Below are positions 31,073-40,132 of a stretch of DNA of 64,000 bases, piece by piece (position 1 is the stretch's first letter; each line of letters opens with the position of its first letter). The notes beneath the pieces are model-generated. The model made no database searches. It had not been told where the DNA came from and saw only the letters and a list, made by a program, of their open reading frames with translations. The DNA is from Longimicrobiales bacterium (GTDB lineage Bacteria; Gemmatimonadota; Gemmatimonadetes; Longimicrobiales; RSA9): NCBI GenBank assembly GCA_050732575.1, contig JBOHRF010000002.1, positions 2,895 through 66,894 on the forward strand, in the 5' to 3' direction. The translations under genes were made by a program, and so were the position numbers.

Positions 31073-31255
31073 TTACATGCCCGTCGTGGTCGTGGTCGCC
31101 GTCGAATCCACGTGCTGCATGGCAGCCGTGTCCGCGGCGGGCGGCGTAACGGTCGGAGCAGGCGCGTCATCAACGGGCGGTGCATCTTCCTGCGCACCAC
31201 CGCACGCCGCCATCAGCGCAATCGCCAGCATCCCGGCCAAGCGTGTGATCTTCAT
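31073..31255 (-). CDS. Small lipoprotein (60 aa), Pro/Thr/Ala-rich
   Basis: MKITRLAGMLAIALMAACGG signal plus lipobox, with its own terminator. No family recognised. Confidence 0.5.
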   Translation of the reverse strand: MKITRLAGMLAIALMAACGGAQEDAPPVDDAPAPTVTPPAADTAAMQHVDSTATTTTTGM

Positions 31256-31353
31256 GATTGCTCTCCCGGAGAGATAAAAGTGGTTTCCTACCTCGCGTCG
31301 GGAAAATTAGCGCGTCAAGCTGTCAGGAGGATTACAGTCGGAACCGGACGTGT

Positions 31354-31512
31354 CGGGCGTGACGGGCGTGACGGGCGTGACGGGCGTGACGGGAGCAGCG
31401 GGGTAAGATGGTCAAATATTTTGGTGCATCATCGCTTGTCATCTGTTCCCGTTACGCCCGATACGCCCGATACGCCCGATACGCCCGATACGCCCGTTAC
31501 GCCCGTTACGCC
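31354..31512. repeat. Paired inverted arrays of 9-nt G3/C3-tract repeats (element B)
   Basis: Left arm is (CGGGCGTGA)x4 followed by CGGGAGCAGCGGGG. The spacer is about 44 nt. The right arm has 7 units of CCCGATACG/CCCGTTACG and overlaps the histidine kinase stop codon. Confidence 0.9.
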
Positions 31513-32741
31513 GCGGAAAAAACCACCTCGACCTTGGTACCATGGCCCTCTTTGCTGTCTACCGTTATTACGGCCTTGTGCGCATCCACAATCCAGCGTG
31601 CAATCGATAACCCCAGGCCCGCACCCGCCCGGCTGCGCGCCGGGTCAGCCCGATAGAATCGATCGAAAATGTGCGGCAATGCAGTGGCAGGAATGCCTGT
31701 CCCTGTATCCGATACAATGACTTTGCAATGTGTTCCATTTCGTTGTGCGGAGGCGGTCACGTGGCCGCCTTCGGCCGTGAAATTGACGGCATTATCGAGG
31801 AGAATGAGAAACAGTTGGCGCAGCAGATTGGGATCGCCCTGAACAGGTGTTTCTTCCAGCACGCCGACCTCGACGTTTACACCCTTGGTCGCGCCCAGCG
31901 CACGGGCAGCCGATGCCGCATCGAGCAGCACATCGTCCAGGAAAACGTTTTCCCGATAGAGCGGCCATTCGCCCGCATCAGCGCGGGCCAGCAGCAGCAT
32001 GTTCTCCACTAGCGAGCCCAGCCGTTTGGCTTCGGCTGAGATTCCGGTCAGGATTTCCTGGTATTCGGTCTCATTGCGCGGGCGTTGCAGGCCCACGTCG
32101 GAACGGGCACGCAGCACGGCAACGGGTGTCTTCAGCTCGTGGGCAGCATCGCCCATGAAGCGGCGCATCTGCTGGAAGGCGCGTTCGATGGGAGCGGTTG
32201 ATTTGCCGGCCAGCACGAACCCGCCGATGCCGATGAGGAACAGGGCCAGCACGGCCGATGCGGCGAAGGCGGTGATGAATGATGGGAAGCGGTCGCGGAT
32301 GTCGATCAGTTTTTCGAACGCCACTGTTGCGTAGGTGTTGCCCAGTGTGGTGCGGAATTTTTTGCCGTACAGCAACCAGGCCTGGTTGTTGGCAGTCACG
32401 GTGTCCTGCGCAATGGAATCGCGCAGCACGATCTGGGCAAATTGACGCACCCAGGGTTGCGCCTGCTTGGGAGAATACGGTTCGGCCTTGTCGTTGAACA
32501 CGAATACCGCCCGTCCGTACAGTGCGGTGTCCTGTGCGAAGTCTATGGGCACGCTGCGCCCGGCCAATACCAGGCGAGTGCGCTGATAGACCGTGCGTTC
32601 GAGTGCATTGTTGAGCCCGAGTAGCTGTTGTCGGTTGGCCACGGTGTACACTGCAATACCGAACAGGGCAAGGATGACGGCAAACACGCCGATGTACCAG
32701 GCCGTGAGCTGCAGGCGGACGCGGCGCGTGGATGGATTCAC
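31506..32741 (-). CDS. Sensor histidine kinase (two TM, HisKA, HATPase_c)
   Basis: H-box FMGDAAHELKTP, N-box LLDNAVNFT, G-boxes DTGTGI and GLGLSIA. Confidence 0.9.
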   Translation of the reverse strand: MNPSTRRVRLQLTAWYIGVFAVILALFGIAVYTVANRQQLLGLNNALERTVYQRTRLVLAGRSVPIDFAQDTALYGRAVFVFNDKAEPYSPKQAQPWVRQFAQIVLRDSIAQDTVTANNQAWLLYGKKFRTTLGNTYATVAFEKLIDIRDRFPSFITAFAASAVLALFLIGIGGFVLAGKSTAPIERAFQQMRRFMGDAAHELKTPVAVLRARSDVGLQRPRNETEYQEILTGISAEAKRLGSLVENMLLLARADAGEWPLYRENVFLDDVLLDAASAARALGATKGVNVEVGVLEETPVQGDPNLLRQLFLILLDNAVNFTAEGGHVTASAQRNGTHCKVIVSDTGTGIPATALPHIFDRFYRADPARSRAGAGLGLSIARWIVDAHKAVITVDSKEGHGTKVEVVFSAA

Positions 32742-33415
32742 AGTCCGAAACGGTAGCCCGCGCCGCGCACGGTCTGGATCAGCTTGGGCTCGAAGTCGTC
32801 ATCGATCTTGCGGCGCAGCCGCCGCACCAGCACTTCCAACACATTGGTGAACGGGTCGTGGTTTTCATCCCAGACGCGTTCCGTGATGGCACTGCGCGAC
32901 AATACGGCGCCTTCGTTGCGTACCAGCACCTCGAGCAGCTCCCACTCCTTGGCAGTCAGATTGATCTCGTGACCACCGCGCTGCACCTGTCGGCTGCGCA
33001 GGTCTACCTCCAGGTCGGCAATGTTGCGTCGCGAGTTCATGAGCAGCGGCTGGCGGCGCGCCAACGCGTGTACACGGGCCAGCAGCTCCTGAAAGGCAAA
33101 CGGCTTGGTCAGATAGTCATCCGCGCCCGAGTCCAACCCGGTTACCCGGTCTTCCACGGTAGCACGCGCGGTCAGCATGAGCACGGGTGTGGTATCCCCG
33201 CGCTCGCGCAGCATGCGGCACAAATCAAAGCCGTTGCCGCCCGGAATCATGATGTCGATGATCAGAACCGTATACTGGGATAACGAGGTCCGGCGCGATG
33301 CTTCCTGAAACGTGCCCGCAGTCACAGCTTCGATGTGATGATCGCGGAAGCCCGCTTCGATTACCCCAGCCAGCTCGCTGTCATCCTCGACCAGCAGAAC
33401 GCGCACGACACCCAC
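32738..33415 (-). CDS. OmpR-family response regulator
   Basis: Receiver domain (VLLVEDD...IIDIMIPGGNG...LTAR...KPF) plus a winged-helix output domain. Its stop overlaps the kinase start. Confidence 0.9.
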   Translation of the reverse strand: MGVVRVLLVEDDSELAGVIEAGFRDHHIEAVTAGTFQEASRRTSLSQYTVLIIDIMIPGGNGFDLCRMLRERGDTTPVLMLTARATVEDRVTGLDSGADDYLTKPFAFQELLARVHALARRQPLLMNSRRNIADLEVDLRSRQVQRGGHEINLTAKEWELLEVLVRNEGAVLSRSAITERVWDENHDPFTNVLEVLVRRLRRKIDDDFEPKLIQTVRGAGYRFGL

Positions 33416-33449
33416 TCCTGAGCAGAAAACTGGAACATAATCAAAACGA

Positions 33450-33539
33450 CGGATGAACCGGATGCACCGGGTGAACCGGGATGGTTTGGCGAATCCGGGA
33501 TGATTCGGGAATGCGGGGAGGGGCGGGCGGGTCGGGGGG
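33450..33539. repeat. Single-arm array of GGATGAACC-type repeats ending in a G-run block (element C)
   Basis: GGATGAACCGGATGCACCGGGTGAACCGGGATGG...CCGGGATGATTCGGGAATGCGGGGAGGGGCGGGCGGGTCGGGGGG fills the whole gap between the response regulator start and the SGNH hydrolase stop. Confidence 0.8.
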
Positions 33540-34301
33540 TTAGCGGCGGCCGTGTTGCGCGTTGGCTTCGGCGGCGGCTTCTTGCAGGATCGTGGCCAGC
33601 CGGGGGTCTATTTCCAGGCGCGGTGATCCGCTCAGCCGCAGCGTCAGGCGGGCGGGCAAACCGATGGGCGAGCGGCCGTACAGCTGCTGCACCATGACCA
33701 GCGCTGCCAGGTACGACCCGGCCGGGCTTGGGTGCAGGCCATCGCCCGAGTAAAGCGGCGCATTCGGCTCGCGCTGCCAGGCGGCCTTCCAGGCCTGGCT
33801 CACGGGGAACAGCATGCCATCGACGGAATCCGCGGCCAGACGATACGACTGAGCACTGGCATCGAGGGTCGTGATGTTGATGTTCTGCGGCCATACCGCG
33901 TACAGCGCGGCGCGGCCACTCGTCTTCCGGATCTCCTGATTGAATTGCTTGGTCCACTGAATGAGATTGGCTCGATTGGCTACGGTCGACGATGGACCCT
34001 GCTGCAGCACCACGTATTGCCATCCCTCGGCTATGGCATCCTGCGCTTCGCGCCGCGCCCAATGATCCTCGAGTGCATAATCCGGATACGCGACCATTTT
34101 CCAGCCCAGCGGCTTCACGCCAGCCGAATCCGCAAGCGCTTCCACAATCGCCGGCAGTGTGTTCCAGTAGGTCAGGCTATTGCCAATGAAAAGCACGCGC
34201 AGCACATCGCCCGTGCGCGGCAGTGACACGTCCACCGGTGAGCTGCCACAACCCAGCAGAAGCGACAGGACCAGGCCGGTAAAAGCACGATGCCGTTTCA
34301 T
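33540..34301 (-). CDS. SGNH/GDSL-type hydrolase, secreted
   Basis: Signal peptide with lipobox-like LLLGC. Block I is LFIGNSLT. Confidence 0.6.
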   Translation of the reverse strand: MKRHRAFTGLVLSLLLGCGSSPVDVSLPRTGDVLRVLFIGNSLTYWNTLPAIVEALADSAGVKPLGWKMVAYPDYALEDHWARREAQDAIAEGWQYVVLQQGPSSTVANRANLIQWTKQFNQEIRKTSGRAALYAVWPQNINITTLDASAQSYRLAADSVDGMLFPVSQAWKAAWQREPNAPLYSGDGLHPSPAGSYLAALVMVQQLYGRSPIGLPARLTLRLSGSPRLEIDPRLATILQEAAAEANAQHGRR

Positions 34302-34326
34302 GACAATCCTCTCGAGCGAACGCTTG

Positions 34327-34627
34327 GTAACGGGCCTAACGGGCGTAACGGGCGACGACGCTTAGAAGAAGTGCACCATTGGTCGAGGTTCACAACTCGA
34401 GCGGGACAGATTGTACTGGGTGGGTGTCACCCGCCCCGGGGACGAAACGACCTCCCCCGAAGGCAAGTAGCGCTTTGCGTGTTTCGAAACTCGTGTGAAT
34501 GCGTGCCCACTACCCACCGCTAAGCCCGTACCGCCCATAAGGCCCGTCGCTACCCCAATACCCCGACACGCCCGCTACGCCCGTTACGCCCGCTGCGCCC
34601 GACCCGCCCGACCCGCCCGATACGCCC
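34327..34627. repeat. Paired inverted arrays of 9-nt repeats (element D) upstream of divergent genes
   Basis: The left arm is GTAACGGGC, CTAACGGGC, GTAACGGGC. The spacer is about 148 nt. The right arm has about 12 units of the type GCTACGCCC, GTTACGCCC, GACCCGCCC and GATACGCCC. Confidence 0.85.
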
Positions 34628-34689
34628 AGCACTGGACGAACGCGCCTGTGCTGGTTCCATTAGTAGTGAACTTCAACCAATGGCTGCTC

Positions 34690-35151
34690 ATGCTCGATCG
34701 ACGACGTTTTGTGCTCACCGCTCTGGCCGGCGGCGCCAGCCTGGTATCCGCGCGTTTCCTGACTGCCATGCAGTCCCCGGCCAACAAGCTGGTCATTTAC
34801 AAGAGTCCAACCTGCGGTTGCTGCCAGAAATGGGTGGACCATGTGAAGGCCAGCGGTTTTGTCACGGAAGTCCATGACGTGGAAGACATCAACGCCATCA
34901 AGACCAAGCATGGCATACCAACCGAGCTACAATCTTGTCACACCACACTGGCCGATCGTTACGTCGTGGAAGGACACGTGCCTGCCGATGTCATCCAAAA
35001 ACTGCTGAAAGAGAAGCCAGCAGTAGTCGGCATTGCGGCACCTGGCATGCCGGCCGGATCGCCTGGCATGGAGGTTGGTACACGCAAAGACGCGTATGAC
35101 ATCGTGGCCTTCCAAAAGAACGGCAAGACCAGCGTGTTTGCCCGGCGCTGA
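34690..35151 (+). CDS. DUF411-family periplasmic metal-binding protein (CopG-like), Tat signal
   Basis: MLDRRRFVLTALAGGASLVSA, then YKSPTCGCCQKWVDHVKASGF...CHTTL...VEGHVPA...GMPAGSPGME. Start trimmed to ATG 34690. Confidence 0.8.
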   Translation: MLDRRRFVLTALAGGASLVSARFLTAMQSPANKLVIYKSPTCGCCQKWVDHVKASGFVTEVHDVEDINAIKTKHGIPTELQSCHTTLADRYVVEGHVPADVIQKLLKEKPAVVGIAAPGMPAGSPGMEVGTRKDAYDIVAFQKNGKTSVFARR

Positions 35152-35297
35152 AACACAACGTGATGGCGAAAGCGGGAGGCGCTTTGCCGCGTCCTCTCGC
35201 ATTTTGCCAGCGCAGCACAAAGGTCTAACCGCAGCCAGACATTCCTGGTTATCTTTTCCATCCCCCCGCACAACGACGTTCGTCGAAAGGATGAGCA

Positions 35298-35972
35298 ATG
35301 CGTAGCTCTGCATTGATCCTGAGCATCACGTGTGTGGCACTGATGGGGAGCGCACGTCCGGGTAGTGCACAATTCGCGGTGCGCGCCAAGGCCGGAACCA
35401 CGGGTATCGGCGGTGATGTTTCGTTCTCGGTCATTCCACGCATTGCCTTGCGTGTTGGCGCGACCATGATGCCGGTCAAACCCGAGGGCACATTTTCCGA
35501 CGTCACCTATCAGGTGGCGCTGCCCAGTCCGCTGTTCACCGCGGGTGCAGACCTGTATCTGCTGGGTGGCGTCCGTTTGATCGGTGGACTGTTGATTGGC
35601 GCTCAACACACGGATATCACGGGCATATACAGCGGCAGCGCCAACATTGGCGGACAGCAGTACAATGGAGCGCAGTTGGGCCAGCTGCTGGGCCGCGTGT
35701 CTGCCAAGAACGTTGCGCCCTACGTGGGCCTGGGCTTCGGCAAGACGGTGGGCCCCGGCATTGGACTTTCCTTCGACCTGGGTGGCGCGTTCCTGGGTCC
35801 GCCAACACTCGATCTGAGTGCCACGGGCACCTGCACGAACGATGCGCAGTGCAACGCAGTGCTGCAGCCCAATCTGGATCGGGAAGCCGCAGACATCCAA
35901 ACCGATCTCGAACGATACGCCAGGATCTTTCCGATGATCAGCGTGGGCGTCCGCTTCGGGTTTGGCGGATAA
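35298..35972 (+). CDS. Secreted protein, possible outer-membrane beta-barrel
   Basis: Signal peptide ending ARPGSAQ. Alternating Gly/hydrophobic strands. C-terminal VGVRFGFGG. Confidence 0.45.
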   Translation: MRSSALILSITCVALMGSARPGSAQFAVRAKAGTTGIGGDVSFSVIPRIALRVGATMMPVKPEGTFSDVTYQVALPSPLFTAGADLYLLGGVRLIGGLLIGAQHTDITGIYSGSANIGGQQYNGAQLGQLLGRVSAKNVAPYVGLGFGKTVGPGIGLSFDLGGAFLGPPTLDLSATGTCTNDAQCNAVLQPNLDREAADIQTDLERYARIFPMISVGVRFGFGG

Positions 35973-35996
35973 CACTGCACGTCGTGAACGGAGTCC

Positions 35997-36566
35997 TCAC
36001 CGAAACGTCAGCCACGCCGCCGCGCCCAGGACAATGGGGGGTATCACCAGGACCAGCAAACCCATGAAGGCCACGACCACGGCCTGACCTGTGGTGATGT
36101 CGAGCGCCTGGCGAATCGCGATGAAGCCGGCAATGAGAATCCAGATTCCGACAATGAACTCGATGAGCCCGCCCAGGATGGGTATCAGCACGAGCAGGTA
36201 GAGCAATCCAGGCGCCTGGGCAAAGCCGAGTGTGCGCGCCAACTCACCCCAGTTGGCAGTACCGTGAAAAACTTTGGCGCCCACGAAGTACGTGATGGCG
36301 GCCCAGGCGGCCCAGCCGGCCAGAGAAAGACCGAGCACAACGAAGACGCCCGCCGCGCCTTCATCGCTGGAGCCGATTGCGTGGGCCACGGCCGACGCAG
36401 CAACCACCAGGGCGGCCTGCCGGGTGGCGGTCTTATCCGCCTCCACTTCTTCGTAGAGCGAGACATCGAGCTTTGCTGCTGCCTTGACGCGATCCAGAAA
36501 GGATCGCTGTGGGCCGCTATACCCGGATTCCGTCGCCACCGCCACCTCCTCCTCTGAGTGAGCCAT
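35997..36566 (-). CDS. Yip1-domain membrane protein
   Basis: YEEVEADKTATRQAALVV... followed by 4-5 TM helices, as is typical of the Yip1/DUF1282 family. Confidence 0.65.
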   Translation of the reverse strand: MAHSEEEVAVATESGYSGPQRSFLDRVKAAAKLDVSLYEEVEADKTATRQAALVVAASAVAHAIGSSDEGAAGVFVVLGLSLAGWAAWAAITYFVGAKVFHGTANWGELARTLGFAQAPGLLYLLVLIPILGGLIEFIVGIWILIAGFIAIRQALDITTGQAVVVAFMGLLVLVIPPIVLGAAAWLTFR

Positions 36567-36702
36567 CGTGAAAGCTACCGATTGGATCCGGCCGAGTCAC
36601 TCGGCCCTGACACCGGCTTGGTGAACCAGACGCACCCGGGAAAATGGAAGCGCGGCGTGGCAGTTGCACCGCTCGCACAGCAGACCTTCTCGGGAGTGCG
36701 TC

Positions 36703-37113
36703 ATGCTGCTCGAACCGATGTTTCGCACCCATCCGCATCCGGCCTCGACGCACGGCGAGGAAGCCCGTGCGTGCGTGGAATCAAGCACCGACTGCGCGCA
36801 GGCCTGCACGGTGTGCGCAGACGCTTGCCTGTCCGAAACGGAGTCACACGACCTGGTCCATTGCATCCGCCTGTGCCTGGACTGCGCCGACATTTGTGAG
36901 CTGACCGCGCGGCTGCTGGTCAGGCCCAGCCATCGCGATGCGCCCACTCTCCATCTGCAGCTTCAGGCGTGTGTGCAGATCTGCAAGGCATGCGCAGACG
37001 AGTGCACCGAGCATGCAGAAACCATGAAGATGGAGCACTGCCGGTTGTGCGCTGAGGCCTGTCGGCGCTGCGTGACTGCCTGCGAGCGCATGATGGCTGC
37101 GCTGGTACCTTGA
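36703..37113 (+). CDS. Cys-rich four-helix-bundle copper-binding protein (DUF326)
   Basis: Repeated CxxxCxxC-type motifs (CAQACTVCADACL, CIRLCLDCADICE, CVQICKACADECT, CRLCAEACRRC). Start trimmed to ATG 36703. Confidence 0.8.
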   Translation: MLLEPMFRTHPHPASTHGEEARACVESSTDCAQACTVCADACLSETESHDLVHCIRLCLDCADICELTARLLVRPSHRDAPTLHLQLQACVQICKACADECTEHAETMKMEHCRLCAEACRRCVTACERMMAALVP

Positions 37114-37300
37114 CGCGCGAACATCGTAATCGTGGAGCCGTCGTAACCTCGTTGACCGCGGGTACGACGGCCCCACATCTTCGACACTCCATCAACCCGG
37201 TCAAACTACCATAACGCGTCCGCTGCTGGACCGAGCCCAACGATACCTTGCCGATGCCGGGCGCGCGCTCGAGCGTGCACCGGCAGAGGTCACGCTGGCC

Positions 37301-38980
37301 GTGTTGGTTGCAATCACCTGCTCGTTGGCGATTGAAGCGGGTGACGAAGCGTTTCAGACTTGGTCGCGCATCGCTACCGCGGCTCTTGTGGCCATCGGCG
37401 CTGCGTGGACGGGCACGCTGCTGAACGCGCTGGGCCGAGTTACACGCGCGCAGCGCTGGGCCATCACCGTCATGGGCCTGGTTGCGGCCGCACTGCTGGC
37501 CACGTTCACGCTCGACTTCCAGCACCGTGCCGAGGGCTGGCGCGCGTTGTTGCTCATCGCTGCCACCAGCGCGTGGTTGGTCGCCGTGCCCGCTCTGGCC
37601 GCACAACCAGCACAACGCAGCCTCATGTTACGACGCGTGAATGGGCGCTTCCTGGTGCGGGCACTGGGTGCCGGACTGTACGCGGGCGCACTCTTCCTGG
37701 GACTGGCACTCGCACTGGCCGCCATCGACACACTCTTCGAGTTGGATCTGCGTGAGGAAATCTTCGCGCACGTTTTTGCCTGGCTGATGTTGGGGCTGGT
37801 GCCCTGGATCACGTTTGGTGGACTGCCCGACTACGTGCGGCCGCTCGATGAGGTGAGTTCGATCACGAGCGGAGTGCACCGACTCACGCGTTTCCTGGTT
37901 CCGCCATTGCTCGCCATCTACTACGCCATCCTGTACGCCTACGCGGTGCGCATTGCCATGGTGGGCGAGCTGCCCAAGAACCTGGTATCTCCCATGGTGC
38001 TCGCAGCCGGTATGCTGGCCGCGGCCGCCATGCTGCTCTTCGATCCCGAACACGACGATCGCGCCGGACTTGCGGCACTCAGGTTCGCACCACCGCTGTT
38101 TCTGCCTCTGGCCGTGCTCGGCTTCTGGGGCTTGTGGCCGCGCATCGCCCAATACGGCTGGACGGAATTCCGGGTCGCGCGCCTCACGCTCATGATCGCA
38201 CTCACGCTTCTGGCTCTGGCCGGCACGGTGCTGGTGCTGCGCCGCCGCCGTTTCCCGCTGCACACCATGATGCTCGCACTGGCGCTGACCCTCGCCGTCT
38301 CGGCGCTCGGGCCGTTGAGCGCACTGGCTGTGAGCCGGCGCAGCCAGCTGAGCCAACTCAACGCAGCCCTCGCAGACGCGGGCTTGCCCACGGCGCTCGC
38401 GGAGGCGCAGACCACGGGCGTAAAACGATCGGTGCCCGCGGCTACCTACGAGCGCATCAACAGCATCGCGCGGTTCCTGTCCACGCACTTCGGAGCATCT
38501 GCGCTCGAGCCGATATTGCCCGCTGAAGCGCGCACCAGCAGCGCACTCACCGACCTGTCCGCGCATCTGGGCCTGGTGCGCGCGCTGGTAGCCGGTCAGA
38601 AGACTCCGTTCTCGGGCAATCTTGCTGCCGACGCATTCATGCAGCTGGACAACGCGCAGATGGCGCGCCGCATCATGTATCCTATGGGCAACCCGGACAC
38701 ACTCCTGTCCGTACGGCCCGATTCGACCGGCCTGCTCTTCACGATTGGCCAGGAAACGTTTCGCGCCGCCCTGGATCAGGTGCTGGAGGGGATGACGACA
38801 ATGAGCGGACCGCCGACTATGCGGCCAGAGAACGCAGCGGTTCCGGTCCTGGATTCAGCGCGCGTGCGGCGAGGCACGTTGATCGTGTTCAGTATCAACG
38901 GTGATCGCGAGCTGGGAAAGATTCACGTATCGCATCTGGATGGACTGCTTCTGCTCGATTCACGAAACGATCGCCGCTAG
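37301..38980 (+). CDS. Polytopic membrane protein (DUF4153-like)
   Basis: About 10 hydrophobic helices followed by a soluble C-terminal domain. The family call is from memory and the start is uncertain. Confidence 0.5.
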   Translation: MLVAITCSLAIEAGDEAFQTWSRIATAALVAIGAAWTGTLLNALGRVTRAQRWAITVMGLVAAALLATFTLDFQHRAEGWRALLLIAATSAWLVAVPALAAQPAQRSLMLRRVNGRFLVRALGAGLYAGALFLGLALALAAIDTLFELDLREEIFAHVFAWLMLGLVPWITFGGLPDYVRPLDEVSSITSGVHRLTRFLVPPLLAIYYAILYAYAVRIAMVGELPKNLVSPMVLAAGMLAAAAMLLFDPEHDDRAGLAALRFAPPLFLPLAVLGFWGLWPRIAQYGWTEFRVARLTLMIALTLLALAGTVLVLRRRRFPLHTMMLALALTLAVSALGPLSALAVSRRSQLSQLNAALADAGLPTALAEAQTTGVKRSVPAATYERINSIARFLSTHFGASALEPILPAEARTSSALTDLSAHLGLVRALVAGQKTPFSGNLAADAFMQLDNAQMARRIMYPMGNPDTLLSVRPDSTGLLFTIGQETFRAALDQVLEGMTTMSGPPTMRPENAAVPVLDSARVRRGTLIVFSINGDRELGKIHVSHLDGLLLLDSRNDRR

Positions 38981-40132
38981 CCAAAGACCCCACACCAGGC
39001 GACGGAGCAATGGGCGGCCACGCGTGCCGCCGGATCCGTTGCAGTCCTAATTCCGACGTCGCGACCACGTAGACACCGCGGTTCCCAATCGAGACGATGC
39101 GTTCGTTTACTGGAAGTACGATCTGTGCCAACCGTGCGCCGGTCCGATCGACCATGTCGTAACGGCTTTCGACGCGGTCCGCCGAGGGCGTCCGCGCAAT
39201 CAACAGCTGGCCGTTCGGTGTCGCTATTAGTGGAGCGTGGGCAGAAAGGGCGGCACCGTGGCCGCCCAAACGGCGATGTCGGGAGGGCTCCTGAGACCAA
39301 CCGCAGTGCGCCGATTGCGATAGGCCTGTTTTTCACGATCGTCGATGCGAATCTCACGGAACGGAATGGGCGCGCCCCGAATCCACCTTCCCTCAGGCGA
39401 GCGCCAGTCCACGCGGTAGGGGCGCAGGCGCGCAATGGCGAGCCAGCCATCGGGAAACAGGAGCGCCTGCTCGTCAACGGCCAGGACTGGCGTTGTGATC
39501 TGGATGGATTGCGGCCGATCGGTGCCCTTGAAGTCAGCTTCGATCCGCGTCGCTGTCGGGCCCAGCTTACCAACGGTATCGGCCGCGCCAGTCCGCGCCG
39601 TCACCAGCAGCAACGCAACAGAATCGGTTGGACCCGGTGGGCGCTCCCAGGTTGGCGAGACTTTGGAAAGAAGCATCCCGGATGCGTCGGCGCCCAACAC
39701 CAGTCCCTGGGTAGCAAGGATGGCCGGAGCGCTGGGGGGCAACGTGCGTGCGATCATCGCGCCCCGAAAGACCAGCCAGCGGCGCGACTGCAAATTGGCC
39801 ATCAGGCTCGAATCGCCGCCCAGTGAATAGATCGCGCTGACACTCGTGTATTCGCCCGGACCCTGTCCGTACCGCCCCACTTGAGTCACCTGGCCTGATT
39901 GCAGATCGGCCACGGAAATCGTGCCTTCTCGACGGTCGGCAATGAGCACGCGGCCGTCTGCCAGTTCCGTGATGGACAGGATTTCCGTGAATTCGGTGCT
40001 TAGCTGCGCTATTGCGGGTCCGAGCCGGAGCGTCCGCTCAGCCGGCTCCTGTGCGGACGCGAATCGCAGAACGAAAAGACAGAGCAGCGTCCATGCGCCA
40101 GCAAGCGTTCGTCTACGCGCAACAGCTCTCAT
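38895..40132 (-). pseudogene. 6-bladed beta-propeller family secreted protein, apparently frameshifted near 39235-39245
   Basis: ORF 39227..40132 (signal peptide, GQGPGEY motif, ...VPPFLPTLH*) continues in another frame in ORF 38895..39269 (...APLIATPNGQLLIARTPS...YDMVDRTGARL...). Confidence 0.55.

Noticed and set aside
31354-31512. CRISPR array interpretation of the tandem repeats at 22.75, 31.4, 33.5 and 34.5 kb.
   Set aside because: The units are 9-10 nt and directly abutting, with no unique spacers. No cas genes are present in the window.
31112-31720. ORFs translating the repeat arrays (for example PDTPDTPDTPDTPVTPVTP in 31112..31720, 22652..23008, and the N-terminal part of 34495..35151).
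   Set aside because: The peptide repeats are a by-product of the 9-nt period. These ORFs overlap real genes or have no start context.
34430-34470. Hammerhead-ribozyme-like CGAAAC in the core of element D.
   Set aside because: No CUGAUGA box and no three-stem junction could be found around it.
36658-36673. Sigma54-like promoter TGGCAGTTGCACCGCT, 30 nt upstream of the DUF326 gene.
   Set aside because: The GG-N10-GC spacing fits, but the -12 region is CCGCT rather than TTGCA/T. No enhancer-binding protein gene is nearby. It is too weak to call.
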